The position numbers and the translations under genes are program-made. DNA of 64,000 bases from Spirochaetia bacterium (GTDB lineage Bacteria; Spirochaetota; Spirochaetia; UBA9216), in assembly GCA_965140585.1 (NCBI GenBank), contig OZ223269.1, positions 800,001 to 864,000 of the forward strand, read 5' to 3'. Numbering within the stretch: position 1 is the first letter of the stretch; every line of letters starts with the position of its first letter. A model generated the notes under the pieces. The model saw only the letters and a list, made by a program, of their open reading frames with translations. It was not told the origin of the DNA and did not search any database. This document shows positions 1 through 10,136 of this stretch, piece by piece.

Positions 1-771
1 TCTATAATAGAAAGCGAATTATTCGGTCATGAGAAGGGTGCCTTTACAGGAGCGGTTAGAGAGAGAAAAGGCCGTTTTGAACTTGCACAGGGAGGAACTA
101 TCTTTCTTGATGAGGTAGGAGAACTTAGTCTTAATGTTCAGACGAAATTACTAAGGGTTCTTCAGGAGCGTGAATTTGAACGTGTGGGCGGTACTCAGAC
201 AATTAAATGCGATGTAAGAGTTATTACTGCAACAAACCGTAATCTTGAAGATGAAATTAAAAACGGAAATTTCCGGGAAGACCTCTATTACCGGCTTAAT
301 ATTATACCAATAACAGTACCTCCTCTACGGGAGCGGAAATCGGATATTCCACTTTTGGTTAATCATTTTATAGAAAAATATAATGCACTTAATAATAAAA
401 ATGTCCGCCGAATTTCAACACCTGCAATTGATATGCTTTTTTCCTATCATTGGCCGGGGAATATCCGTGAACTTGAAAACTGTATGGAACATGCTGTTAT
501 TCTCAGCGAGGATAATGTTATTCACGGTTATCATCTACCGCCGACTCTTCAGATGAGAGTTCCTAAAAGTACCGGGAGTAAAACTGATCGCGGTTCAATG
601 CAGCAGCAGCTGGACGCACTGGAGTATGAACTGCTGGTTGAAGCTTTAAAAGCTGCTAATGGTAATCTTTCGGAAGCGGCAAAAGAGCTTGGATTAACCA
701 ACAGGATGATAGGTGTACGAATGCAGAAATACGGGCTTGATTATAAAAACTATCGAAAGTACCGGAAATAA
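1..771 (+). CDS. nifA: Sigma54-dependent transcriptional activator, NifA-like (5'-truncated by window edge)
   Basis: Frame is open from base 1: [18 protein letters not shown]...FLDEVGEL (GAFTGA loop, Walker B), [20 protein letters not shown]-terminal Fis-type HTH. Lies directly upstream of nifH and its sigma54 promoter. The nifA name comes from context. Confidence 0.85.
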   Translation, partial: SIIESELFGHEKGAFTGAVRERKGRFELAQGGTIFLDEVGELSLNVQTKLLRVLQEREFERVGGTQTIKCDVRVITATNRNLEDEIKNGNFREDLYYRLNIIPITVPPLRERKSDIPLLVNHFIEKYNALNNKNVRRISTPAIDMLFSYHWPGNIRELENCMEHAVILSEDNVIHGYHLPPTLQMRVPKSTGSKTDRGSMQQQLDALEYELLVEALKAANGNLSEAAKELGLTNRMIGVRMQKYGLDYKNYRKYRK

Positions 772-777
772 TAAAAA

Positions 778-913
778 TACATATATGTAGAAAAAGGATT
801 AAAATAGGATTTTTAGTCCTTTTTTTTTTACCTTTCTGTAAAAACTTGTTTCTGCCTATTTATACACAGATGTAAAAATGTAAATAAAGTTCTCCGGAAA
901 ATACAATAATGTA
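778..913. promoter_or_regulatory. Repeated TACA-N4-TGTA dyads, candidate NifA enhancer sites
   Basis: Exact copies at 778-789, 863-874 and 902-913; one-mismatch copy TACC-TTTC-TGTA at 829-840. All lie upstream of the IHF-like sites and the sigma54 promoter. Confidence 0.55.
791..829 (+). terminator. Intrinsic terminator after nifA
   Basis: Stem AGGATTAAAA (795-804) / TTTTAGTCCT (811-820) with one G-U pair, followed by a long T run. Confidence 0.7.
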
Positions 914-920
914 AATTATA

Positions 921-963
921 TAACGTTTTGATAAACAAAATATACTGTCATAAAACTTTGTTT
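921..963. promoter_or_regulatory. IHF/Hbb-like DNA-bending sites
   Basis: TAACGTTTTGATA (921-933) matches the reverse IHF consensus YAANNNNTTGATW exactly. TAAAACTTTGTTT (951-963) has one mismatch and lies 30 bp away. Confidence 0.55.
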
Positions 964-1043
964 AACAAAAAATTACGTAAAAATAGATGATATTACGTAG
1001 ATTTAGCAGTAAAACTGACATTTTACAGACATAAAAAGAAAAC

Positions 1044-1060
1044 TTGGCATGTTACCTGCA
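1044..1060 (+). promoter_or_regulatory. Sigma54 (-24/-12) promoter of the nif operon
   Basis: TTGGCATGTTACCTGCA: GG at 1046-1047 and GC at 1058-1059 with the canonical 10-nt spacing, about 75 bp upstream of nifH. Confidence 0.9.
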
Positions 1061-1082
1061 TCATATATGTGACTGCTGATAA

Positions 1083-1958
<876 letters not shown>

Positions 1959-1982
1959 AAGAAGGAAGAGGAGAGAAGAATT

Positions 1983-2309
1983 ATGTTGATGGTAAGATCG
2001 ATAGTTAGACCGGAAAAAGCACAGGATGTACTTGATGCTCTTCTGGAAGCCGGATATCCGGCTGTAACAAGAGTTAATGTAGCAGGACGCGGTCAGCAGC
2101 GCGGTATCAAGGTCGGTGAAATAATGTACGACGAACTGCCTAAAGAGCTTCTTATGATGGTTGTACCTAATTCAGAGAAGGATATTGTCATTAAAGTTGT
2201 TCTCGATAACGCCAAATCCACTGAAAGCGGGACATACGGTGACGGTAAAATATTCATCACGGAAGTAGAAGAAACTTACACAATCAGCTCCGGATTTAAG
2301 GAGATGTAA
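1983..2309 (+). CDS. nifI1: PII-family nitrogenase regulator NifI1
   Basis: IVRPEK, GRGQQRG, short T-loop with YDELPK, GDGKIF; lies between nifH and nifD. Confidence 0.92.
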   Translation: MLMVRSIVRPEKAQDVLDALLEAGYPAVTRVNVAGRGQQRGIKVGEIMYDELPKELLMMVVPNSEKDIVIKVVLDNAKSTESGTYGDGKIFITEVEETYTISSGFKEM

Positions 2310-2686
2310 TGAAAGAGATAATGGCTGTTATTCGTATGAATAAGATAAATGAAACCAAGCGTGCTTTAAGCAGTGTAGGTTTCTCCGGATTTACCGCAAC
2401 GGGAAGAGTTCTCGGCCGCGGTAAGGGCTTTGTTGACTATCAGGTTATAAAGGGTGCCCAGGAGGGCTACCAGGAAGCTATTTCACAGCTTGGCGGAGGT
2501 CCGAGGCTGGTCCCGAAAAGGCTGATAACGCTTGTAGTTAATGATGATAAAAAGGATTTGGCTATTCAGACTATCATCAAGATAAACAAGACAGGAAATC
2601 CTGGAGACGGAAAGATATTTGTTTTCCCTGTAGCTGAAAGCATCAGGGTTAGAACCGGCGAAAAAGGCGAGAAAACACTCGATTGA
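2309..2686 (+). CDS. nifI2: PII-family nitrogenase regulator NifI2
   Basis: MKEIMAVIRMNK, GRGKG, long T-loop, GNPGDGKIFV, IRVRTGE; TAATG overlap with nifI1. Confidence 0.92.
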   Translation: MKEIMAVIRMNKINETKRALSSVGFSGFTATGRVLGRGKGFVDYQVIKGAQEGYQEAISQLGGGPRLVPKRLITLVVNDDKKDLAIQTIIKINKTGNPGDGKIFVFPVAESIRVRTGEKGEKTLD

Positions 2687-2709
2687 GTGTTAATAGCAAG
2701 GAATTAGAT

Positions 2710-4335
2710 ATGGCTGAAAATAACAACATAAATTCGGAGGTCTTTAAAGACCGAACAATGGATGTATATCCGGCTAAAGTTTTTAAAAAGAGGGCCAAAC
2801 AGTTCGTCATTAAAAATGATGAACCTTCACAGCAGATTCAGGCCAACGTAAGAACCATACCCGGAATAATCACACAGCGCGGTTGCTGTTATGCAGGCTG
2901 TAAGGGCGTAGTTTTAGGTCCTACCAGAGACATCATAAACATAACCCACGGACCTATCGGCTGCGGATTTTACTCCTGGCTTACAAGACGTAATCAGACC
3001 AGACCTGAAGACAGTCCGGGTCAGGAAAACTTTATGCCCTACTGTTTTTCTACAGACATGCAGGACGAGAATATCGTATTCGGAGGTGAAAAACTTCTGA
3101 AGCAGGCAATTAAGGAAGCCTATGATATTTTTAAACCAAAAGCGATAGCTATCTTTTCAACCTGTCCTGTAGGACTTATAGGTGATGATATTCATGCTGT
3201 TGCAAAGGAAATGAAAGAAACATTCGGCGACTGTAACGTCTTCGGTTTTTCATGTGAAGGCTACAAAGGTGTAAGCCAGTCGGCAGGTCACCATATTGCG
3301 AACAATCAGATATTCAAGCATGTGGTCGGAACAAAGGAAGAAGGCAAGCAGGGTAAATACAAAATCAACCTTCTTGGAGAATACAACATCGGTGGTGATG
3401 CTTTTGTTATTGAAAACCTGCTTGAAAAATGCGGAATTACACTTGTTTCAACTTACAGCGGTAATTCTTCAATAGATCATTTTGCTTCATCACATACTGC
3501 CGACTTGAACACAATTATGTGTCACAGGTCTATCAACTACGTGGCCGAGATGATGGAGAAAAAATACGGTATTCCCTGGATTAAGGTGAATTTTATCGGT
3601 GCAGAGGCCACCGCAAAATCACTTAGAAAGATTGCCGGATACTTCGAAGACACTGAACTTATGGAAAAGGTTGAAGAAGTAATTGCTGAAGAAATTGCCG
3701 GCGTCGAGGCTGTAATTGATGAAATCAGACCAAGAACTGAAGGGAAATCAACAATGCTTTTTGTCGGCGGTTCAAGAGCACATCATTACCAGGAGCTTTT
3801 CAGAGAGCTTGGAATGAAGGTTCTTGCTGCAGGCTATGAGTTCGGACACCGTGATGACTATGAAGGTCGCCATGTGCTGCCTACCATCAAAGTCGATGCA
3901 GACAGCCGGAACATTGAAGAGCTTGCAGTAGAACCGGATCCGGAGAAATACAGCCCGAGAAAAACAGAGGAAGAAAAGGCCGCCCTTGAGGCAAAAGGTG
4001 TAACTTTCAGTGATTACGAAGGACTGTGGCCTGAGATGGAAAACGGAACTTATGTGATTGATGATATCAGTCATTATGAAATGGAAAAGCTGGTTGAAGA
4101 GTATCATCCTGATATCTTCTGTGCTGGTATTAAAGAGAAATATGCTGTGCAGAAAATGGGTATTCCTCTGAAACAGCTTCATAGTTATGACTACGGCGGA
4201 CCTTATGCAGGTTTTGTAGGTGCTATTAACTGGTACAGAGAAATAGACAGAATGACCAGCAGCAAGATTTTCAGTTTAATCGGCGCGCCATGGGAAAAAA
4301 ATAAATCGCTGTACGGCAGCTTTATAAAGAAATAG
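2710..4335 (+). CDS. nifD: Nitrogenase MoFe protein alpha chain (group II)
   Basis: P-cluster Cys in RGCCYAGC, HGPIGC and STCP; SQSAGHH; FeMo-co ligands in MCHRS and LHSYDY; ~50-aa group II insertion. Start moved to ATG 2710 (SD AAGGA at 2698-2702). Confidence 0.97.
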   Translation: MAENNNINSEVFKDRTMDVYPAKVFKKRAKQFVIKNDEPSQQIQANVRTIPGIITQRGCCYAGCKGVVLGPTRDIINITHGPIGCGFYSWLTRRNQTRPEDSPGQENFMPYCFSTDMQDENIVFGGEKLLKQAIKEAYDIFKPKAIAIFSTCPVGLIGDDIHAVAKEMKETFGDCNVFGFSCEGYKGVSQSAGHHIANNQIFKHVVGTKEEGKQGKYKINLLGEYNIGGDAFVIENLLEKCGITLVSTYSGNSSIDHFASSHTADLNTIMCHRSINYVAEMMEKKYGIPWIKVNFIGAEATAKSLRKIAGYFEDTELMEKVEEVIAEEIAGVEAVIDEIRPRTEGKSTMLFVGGSRAHHYQELFRELGMKVLAAGYEFGHRDDYEGRHVLPTIKVDADSRNIEELAVEPDPEKYSPRKTEEEKAALEAKGVTFSDYEGLWPEMENGTYVIDDISHYEMEKLVEEYHPDIFCAGIKEKYAVQKMGIPLKQLHSYDYGGPYAGFVGAINWYREIDRMTSSKIFSLIGAPWEKNKSLYGSFIKK

Positions 4336-4344
4336 GAGAGGGTC

Positions 4345-5730
4345 ATGTTACTTAGACATACAACCGCAGAAGTAGCGGAAAGAAAAGCGTTAACAGTTAA
4401 TCCGGCAAAAACTTGTCAGCCAGTTGGAGCAATGTATGCTGCGCTTGGTATTCACGGATGTCTGCCGCATAGCCATGGCTCCCAGGGATGCTGTGCATAT
4501 CACCGTTCGGCATTAACCAGACATTATAAAGAGCCTGTTATGGCAGGCACCAGTTCCTTTACAGAAGGTGCTTCTGTATTCGGCGGCCAGGCAAACCTTA
4601 TCACAGCACTTAATACAATGTTCAGTGTATACAATCCTGACATGATAGCCGTTCATACGACCTGTCTGTCGGAAACCATCGGTGATGATGTCAGTCAGAT
4701 TGCTACAAAGGCAAAGGAAGACGGTAAAATTCCTGAGGGGAAAAAAGTAATTCAGTGCAGCACCCCTTCTTATGTAGGTTCTCATGTAACCGGATTTTCA
4801 TCCATGACAGCAGCATTTGCAAAGGCTTTCTGTGTTGATGCTGAGGAAAAAACCAACCAGGTAAACATTGTTCCGGGCTGGGTTGAACCTTCGGATATGC
4901 GTGAAATCAAAAGAATAACGAGAGAGATGCGGGTTGCCAATGTAATGTTCCCTGATACTTCAAATGTACTTGATACGCCCATGACCGGTGTACACGATAT
5001 GTTTCCAAAGGGCGGTACAAAAGTTGAAGAACTTGAGACTATCGGAAAGAGCCATTACAGTTTTGCTCTCGGCAGTTTTGCAAGCGAAGCCGCTGTAAAT
5101 GAAATAAAGAAGATAGCAAAAGTTCCTTATGAAGTGATGGATCTTCCAATAGGAATAAGAGCAACCGACAGGTTTCTTATGAAGATGGCCGAAGTTACAG
5201 GTCACCCTGTACCAGATTCCATTACAGATGAGCGTGGTCGTGTTGTTGATGTACTTTCAGATATGCAGCAGTACCTCTACGGTAAAAAAGTCGGTATCTA
5301 CGGTGATCCCGATCAGCTTATTCCTCTTACCGAGTTTTTAATCGATATGGGTATGAAACCTGTACACATTGTATCAGGAACTCCGGGTAAGAAATTCATG
5401 AAGAAGATAAATGAAGTTTTTGAAGCTGGAGATTTTTCAACTGAGAACGTTAAAAACGGCCCCAGGGCCGATATGTTTCTTCTTCACCAGTGGATTAAAA
5501 ATGAACCAATCGATCTTCTGATCGGTAATTCATACGGCAAATATATTGCCAGGGATGAAGATATTCCTTTCATGAGGATGGGATTCCCTATTTATGACAG
5601 AATCGGTCACCAGTATTCACCGACTGTCGGATACACAGGCGCAATGCGCATTGTAGAAAAGATCCTTAACCTAATGATGGACAGACAGGACAGAGATGCT
5701 CCTGAGGAAAGATTTGAGCTAGTAATGTAA
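4345..5730 (+). CDS. nifK: Nitrogenase MoFe protein beta chain
   Basis: NPAKTCQP, HGSQGCC, TTCLSETIGDD, TPSYVGSH, GFPIYDR; short N-terminus typical of group II. Confidence 0.97.
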   Translation: MLLRHTTAEVAERKALTVNPAKTCQPVGAMYAALGIHGCLPHSHGSQGCCAYHRSALTRHYKEPVMAGTSSFTEGASVFGGQANLITALNTMFSVYNPDMIAVHTTCLSETIGDDVSQIATKAKEDGKIPEGKKVIQCSTPSYVGSHVTGFSSMTAAFAKAFCVDAEEKTNQVNIVPGWVEPSDMREIKRITREMRVANVMFPDTSNVLDTPMTGVHDMFPKGGTKVEELETIGKSHYSFALGSFASEAAVNEIKKIAKVPYEVMDLPIGIRATDRFLMKMAEVTGHPVPDSITDERGRVVDVLSDMQQYLYGKKVGIYGDPDQLIPLTEFLIDMGMKPVHIVSGTPGKKFMKKINEVFEAGDFSTENVKNGPRADMFLLHQWIKNEPIDLLIGNSYGKYIARDEDIPFMRMGFPIYDRIGHQYSPTVGYTGAMRIVEKILNLMMDRQDRDAPEERFELVM

Positions 5731-5771
5731 GCGTATTGCTAGAGCAATAGCTTAAGCTAAAGAGGACAACT

Positions 5772-7151
5772 ATGGCAGACAGCCTAATCAAAGAAAGAAG
5801 ACAGCAGGTCTTCAGAAAAGGAACAGACAATTTTGTAATAACAGGCGAGAAGGTATCAGCTGCAGGTTCAGTAAGTCAGAGAGCCTGTGTATTCTGCGGG
5901 TCGAGGGTGGTTCTTTATCCGATAGCCGATGCACTTCATCTTGTACACGGTCCAATCGGCTGTGCGGCTTATACCTGGGATATAAGGGGTGCCCTGAGTT
6001 CAGGTCCTGAGCTTCACCGGAAAAGTTTTTCAACCGATTTGAGAGAAGATGATGTCATCTTCGGAGGAGAGAAGAAACTCTCAGCCGCAATGGAATCTCT
6101 GATTCCAGAATACAAACCTTCTGCTGTTTTTGTCTACAGCACATGTATCGTCGGTATCATCAGTGATGATGTAGAGGCTGTCTGCCGGAAAACCTCAGAG
6201 AAATTTAATATTCCTGTTATACCCGTTCATTCGGAGGGGTTTAAAGGAACAAAGAAAGACGGATACAAGGCGGCATGTAATGCTTTAAGCAGACTGATAC
6301 ACCTTAAGTCCGATGTTGATAAGGTCCCTGTAAAAAGGGAACCTGTCATAAACATACTGGGCGAGTTTAATCTTGCCGGTGAAGCATGGATGATACAGAG
6401 CTACTACGACGCAATCGGTGTCAAGGTATGCGCGGTTCTTACTGGCGACGGAAGGGTCGAAAGGATACAGAACTCCTACCGATCCGCATTAAATGTAGTT
6501 CAGTGCTCCGGTTCACTTAAGTTCCTGGCTGAGGACATGGAGAAAGATTACGGTATACCTTTTAAACAGGTATCCTATTTTGGTATCGAAGATACAGCAG
6601 AAGCCCTGTATACAGTAGCTGAGTTTTTCAGCGAAGTACCGGGAATTCTGGAAAAGACCAGAGAATTTGTACATGGTCAGCTGAAAGAAACTTATCCGAA
6701 GCTGATGAAATATAAAGCCGGACTTTCCGGTAAAAAAGCCGCAGTTTATGTAGGCGGCGCGTTCAAGGCAATCAGCCTTCTGAAGTCACTTAAGTATCTG
6801 GGAGTAAAAGTAGTCCTTATGGGCTCGCAGACAGGTACCACCGAGGATTATGAGGAAATGAAAGAGCTCGCAGATCCCGGAACAATTATCGTAGATGATT
6901 CAAATCCATCTGAACTCGCTCAATTTATTGAAGAACTTGGAGTAGATCTGTTTATAGGCGGGGTAAAGGAAAGACCTATGGCTTTCAAACTGGGAGTAGG
7001 TTTCTGTGATCATAATCATGAACGCAAGATAGCTCTTACCGGTTTTGAAGGAATGCTCAATTTTGCAGAAGAGGTCTACAGCACATTAAACACTCCGGTA
7101 TGGGATGTTATGAAAGAAGCAAGGAGGAATAATCCATGGACCACACAGTAA
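5772..7151 (+). CDS. nifE: FeMo-cofactor scaffold NifE
   Basis: SQRACVFCGSR, HGPIGCAAYTWDIRG, STC, QCSGS, DHNHER; NifD-like but lacks the HSY motif. Confidence 0.95.
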   Translation: MADSLIKERRQQVFRKGTDNFVITGEKVSAAGSVSQRACVFCGSRVVLYPIADALHLVHGPIGCAAYTWDIRGALSSGPELHRKSFSTDLREDDVIFGGEKKLSAAMESLIPEYKPSAVFVYSTCIVGIISDDVEAVCRKTSEKFNIPVIPVHSEGFKGTKKDGYKAACNALSRLIHLKSDVDKVPVKREPVINILGEFNLAGEAWMIQSYYDAIGVKVCAVLTGDGRVERIQNSYRSALNVVQCSGSLKFLAEDMEKDYGIPFKQVSYFGIEDTAEALYTVAEFFSEVPGILEKTREFVHGQLKETYPKLMKYKAGLSGKKAAVYVGGAFKAISLLKSLKYLGVKVVLMGSQTGTTEDYEEMKELADPGTIIVDDSNPSELAQFIEELGVDLFIGGVKERPMAFKLGVGFCDHNHERKIALTGFEGMLNFAEEVYSTLNTPVWDVMKEARRNNPWTTQ

Positions 7152-8491
7152 ATCCATGTAAAACATGTTCACCGTTGGGAGCCTCCCTTGCAATGAAAGG
7201 GGTAAAAAACAGCATGTGCATTCTTCACGGTTCACAGGGCTGTTCAACATATATAAGACGGTTTTTAATCGGACATTTCAGGGAACCGATTGATATTGCT
7301 TCTTCATCATTTGATGAAAACACAGCTGTATTCGGCGGTAAGGATAACCTTCTCAAAGGTCTGGAAAATATGATTCAGAAGTATAATCCGGAGGTTATAG
7401 GAATTGCAACATCATGCCTTGCCGAGACTATCGGCGAAGATGTCGGAATGTATATGAAGGAAATGCCAGAAAAAGACAAGCGTGTATACATTCATGCTGA
7501 GACTGCTTCCTATAGAGGAACACATGTTGATGGTTTTATGAAGATGGTTTCTTCAATAGCCGGTCTGGCTCAATCACCTGAGCTGAAACATCAGAGTGAC
7601 AAGTTCAAGCTGAATATAATTCCATGGATGTTAAGCCCTGGAGATCTCAGACATCTTAAGTACATGCTTAAGAGTATGAATATTGAAGCTGTCATGCTGC
7701 CTGATTACAGTGAAACGCTTGACGGAGGTTCCTGGGAAAAGCACAATCCGATTCCTCCAGGCGGAACCTCACTCGATGATATCAGAGCTATGGGATGTGC
7801 CGATTACACAATACAGTTTGGCTTGCATTCAACCAGGCTGGCAAATCCGGCCGGAATAATAAAGGTTAAAACAGATGTAAACTATTCTGTTCTTCCGCTT
7901 CCAATAGGAATACGAAATACAGATCTATTTATAAATGAGATTAAAAAAGCAGCAGAAGCATGCGGCAAAAAAATTGAACTGCCTGAAGAAATGAAGAATA
8001 ACAGGGCAAGACTGCTTGATGCTTATTCAGATTCACACCGTTATTTTTCCAACTGCAATGCGGCAGTATACGGTGAATTTGATTTCGTTTCCGGTATGGC
8101 CTCTTTTTTAAATGAAATAGGGATTATTCCGTCATTATGCATGACCGGAGAAAAAATATCAGAAGCTGATGAACAGGAATTCATTACGTTACAGACGAAG
8201 AATGGCAATCCTGAATGCAGAATTATGGTCGATGAAGATTTTTCCGGGCTGGATAAGGCTGCTGAAGAAGGAAAAATCGATCTGCTTATTGGTAATTCAA
8301 AAGGATACAAAACCGCTAGAGCACTGGGTATTCCTATGATAAGGGCCGGATTTCCCATTACTGACAGATTCGGAGGTCAGCGTAAGGTACATGTCGGATA
8401 TGAAGGAGCTTTACGGCTTCTTGATGAAACAGCAAACACTATTTTAGCCAAAAGACAGGAACTTTCTCCGGTCGGCTATATGAGCATGTAG
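7136..8491 (+). CDS. nifN: FeMo-cofactor scaffold NifN
   Basis: NPCKTCSPLGA, HGSQGCSTY, HFREP, SCLAETIGED, GFPITDR; follows nifE. Confidence 0.93.
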   Translation: MDHTVNPCKTCSPLGASLAMKGVKNSMCILHGSQGCSTYIRRFLIGHFREPIDIASSSFDENTAVFGGKDNLLKGLENMIQKYNPEVIGIATSCLAETIGEDVGMYMKEMPEKDKRVYIHAETASYRGTHVDGFMKMVSSIAGLAQSPELKHQSDKFKLNIIPWMLSPGDLRHLKYMLKSMNIEAVMLPDYSETLDGGSWEKHNPIPPGGTSLDDIRAMGCADYTIQFGLHSTRLANPAGIIKVKTDVNYSVLPLPIGIRNTDLFINEIKKAAEACGKKIELPEEMKNNRARLLDAYSDSHRYFSNCNAAVYGEFDFVSGMASFLNEIGIIPSLCMTGEKISEADEQEFITLQTKNGNPECRIMVDEDFSGLDKAAEEGKIDLLIGNSKGYKTARALGIPMIRAGFPITDRFGGQRKVHVGYEGALRLLDETANTILAKRQELSPVGYMSM

Positions 8492-8501
8492 GAGTGCAAT
8501 T

Positions 8502-9770
8502 ATGAATGAAACAAAAACTGCTTTAATACACCCGTGTTTTGATGAAAAAGCATCACATACAACTGCCAGGGTACATCTTCCTGTTGCTCCGAAATGTAAT
8601 ATTCAGTGTAAGTACTGTTCAAGAAAATTTGATTGTATAAACGAAGGAAGACCCGGTGTTTCATCATCAGTTCTTAACCCTGCACAGGCTGAAATTTATC
8701 TTGCAGAACTGATAAAAAGGATACCATTGGGTGTCGTTGGCATTGCAGGCCCCGGTGACGCCTTTGCCCAGCCTGAAGTTACAATTGAGACTATAGAAAG
8801 ATGCAGAAATGTTAAAAGTGATATGCTCTTCTGTATTTCAACAAATGGACTGGGAGCCCCGGAATACCTTGAACAGATACAGAAGGCAGGCGTATCACAT
8901 CTGACTGTTACAATGAATACCCTTGATGCGGAGATTGGTACAGGTATTTATCACTGGGCCAGATATAAAAAACGTAATTATCGCGGTCTTGAAGCTGCAG
9001 AGATTTTAATTGAAAGGCAGCTTGAGACTATAATTAAAGCAAAAGAACTGGGTCTCAGTGTAAAAGTAAATACTATTTTAATTCCCGGTATAAATGAAAA
9101 CCAGATAATTCCTGTAGCAGAGAAGGCTGCTGAAATAGGATGCGATATGATGAATATCATACCTCTTATACCTGTAGAGGATACAGTCTTTGCTGATATT
9201 AAGGAACCGGACTGTAAAACCGTAGAAGGGTTCCGTGCAGAGGCCGCCTGGTATATCAGCCAGTCAAGGCATTGCAAAAGATGCCGGGCTGATGCAGTCG
9301 GACTTCTGGGGGAGCAGCAGAAGGATGAGATTACAGACCTTTTGAAGGCTGCGTCTGAAATTGAACCTGAACCTGTGTACGGACGTGACAAGGTCGCTTT
9401 TGTTTCAAGAGAAGGTTTTCTGGTCAACAGCCATCTCGGTGAAGCTGATTACCTCTACATAATTGAGAATTTTGACGGTGTGTTAAAAGTCACCGATAAA
9501 CGGAAAGCACCTTTACCGGGAGGCGGAGACAGCCGCTGGCTTAAAATTGCAGCAGCACTTAAAGACTGTTCACATCTACTTGTAGGAGGCGCAGGTGATA
9601 AACCTGTGAGCATACTTACTGAATCTGGTTTGAACGTGGCTATAATTGAAGGTGTTGCTGAAGAAGCTGCAATGAAAATTTTTAATGGTGAAAGTATTGC
9701 ATATCTAAAAAAGCGGCACGTATGCGGAGCAGGTAAAAACTGTATCGGTTCAGGAAACGGATGCGGTTGA
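8502..9770 (+). CDS. nifB: Radical SAM NifB with C-terminal NifX-like domain
   Basis: HPCF, HLPVAPKCNIQCKYC, ExRPG, AGPGD, TNG, CKRCRADA; C-terminal VNSHLGEA NifX-like domain and a Cys/Gly tail. Confidence 0.97.
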   Translation: MNETKTALIHPCFDEKASHTTARVHLPVAPKCNIQCKYCSRKFDCINEGRPGVSSSVLNPAQAEIYLAELIKRIPLGVVGIAGPGDAFAQPEVTIETIERCRNVKSDMLFCISTNGLGAPEYLEQIQKAGVSHLTVTMNTLDAEIGTGIYHWARYKKRNYRGLEAAEILIERQLETIIKAKELGLSVKVNTILIPGINENQIIPVAEKAAEIGCDMMNIIPLIPVEDTVFADIKEPDCKTVEGFRAEAAWYISQSRHCKRCRADAVGLLGEQQKDEITDLLKAASEIEPEPVYGRDKVAFVSREGFLVNSHLGEADYLYIIENFDGVLKVTDKRKAPLPGGGDSRWLKIAAALKDCSHLLVGGAGDKPVSILTESGLNVAIIEGVAEEAAMKIFNGESIAYLKKRHVCGAGKNCIGSGNGCG

Positions 9771-9807
9771 ATATATAAAATGCCTAAAAATTTTAAAGGA
9801 GAAGATA

Positions 9808-10116
9808 GTGGAAAAGCCTTATAAACAAATTTTAGTATGCGGAAGTTTCCGGGCTTCCGGAGAACCCCAGGGTGTATGCCATAAAAAAGGTGCCATGGGA
9901 TTGATACCATACATAACAGAAGAGCTTCAGGACAGGGGCCTTGATACTATTTCAGTAGCAATGACCTCATGCCTGAATATGTGCGACCGAGGTCCCATTC
10001 TTGTAGTTTTTCCTGATAATACATGGTACGGCGGTGTAGATTCTGAAGATGCCGTTGACCAAATTCTCGATGCAATTGAAGAAGATGGTGTCGCAGAGGA
10101 ATTGTTATTAACCTGA
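9808..10116 (+). CDS. Thioredoxin-like [2Fe-2S] ferredoxin, nif-associated
   Basis: VC-x12-C ... CLNMCDRGP...FPDNTWY pattern of the clostridial 2Fe/FeSI-type ferredoxins; GTG start with SD AGGAG. Confidence 0.88.
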   Translation: MEKPYKQILVCGSFRASGEPQGVCHKKGAMGLIPYITEELQDRGLDTISVAMTSCLNMCDRGPILVVFPDNTWYGGVDSEDAVDQILDAIEEDGVAEELLLT

Positions 10117-10136
10117 AAAGAAATTATACTTCATAA

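Noticed and set aside
871-925. Canonical NifA UAS TGT-N10-ACA
   Set aside because: Only mismatched versions (TGT-N10-ATA at 871, TGT-N10-ACG at 910); the TACA-N4-TGTA dyad explains the same TGT triplets better.
2710-5730. Alternative (V or Fe-only) nitrogenase
   Set aside because: No vnfG/anfG between D and K; LHSYDY ligand context, the group II insertion and nifEN indicate the Mo enzyme.
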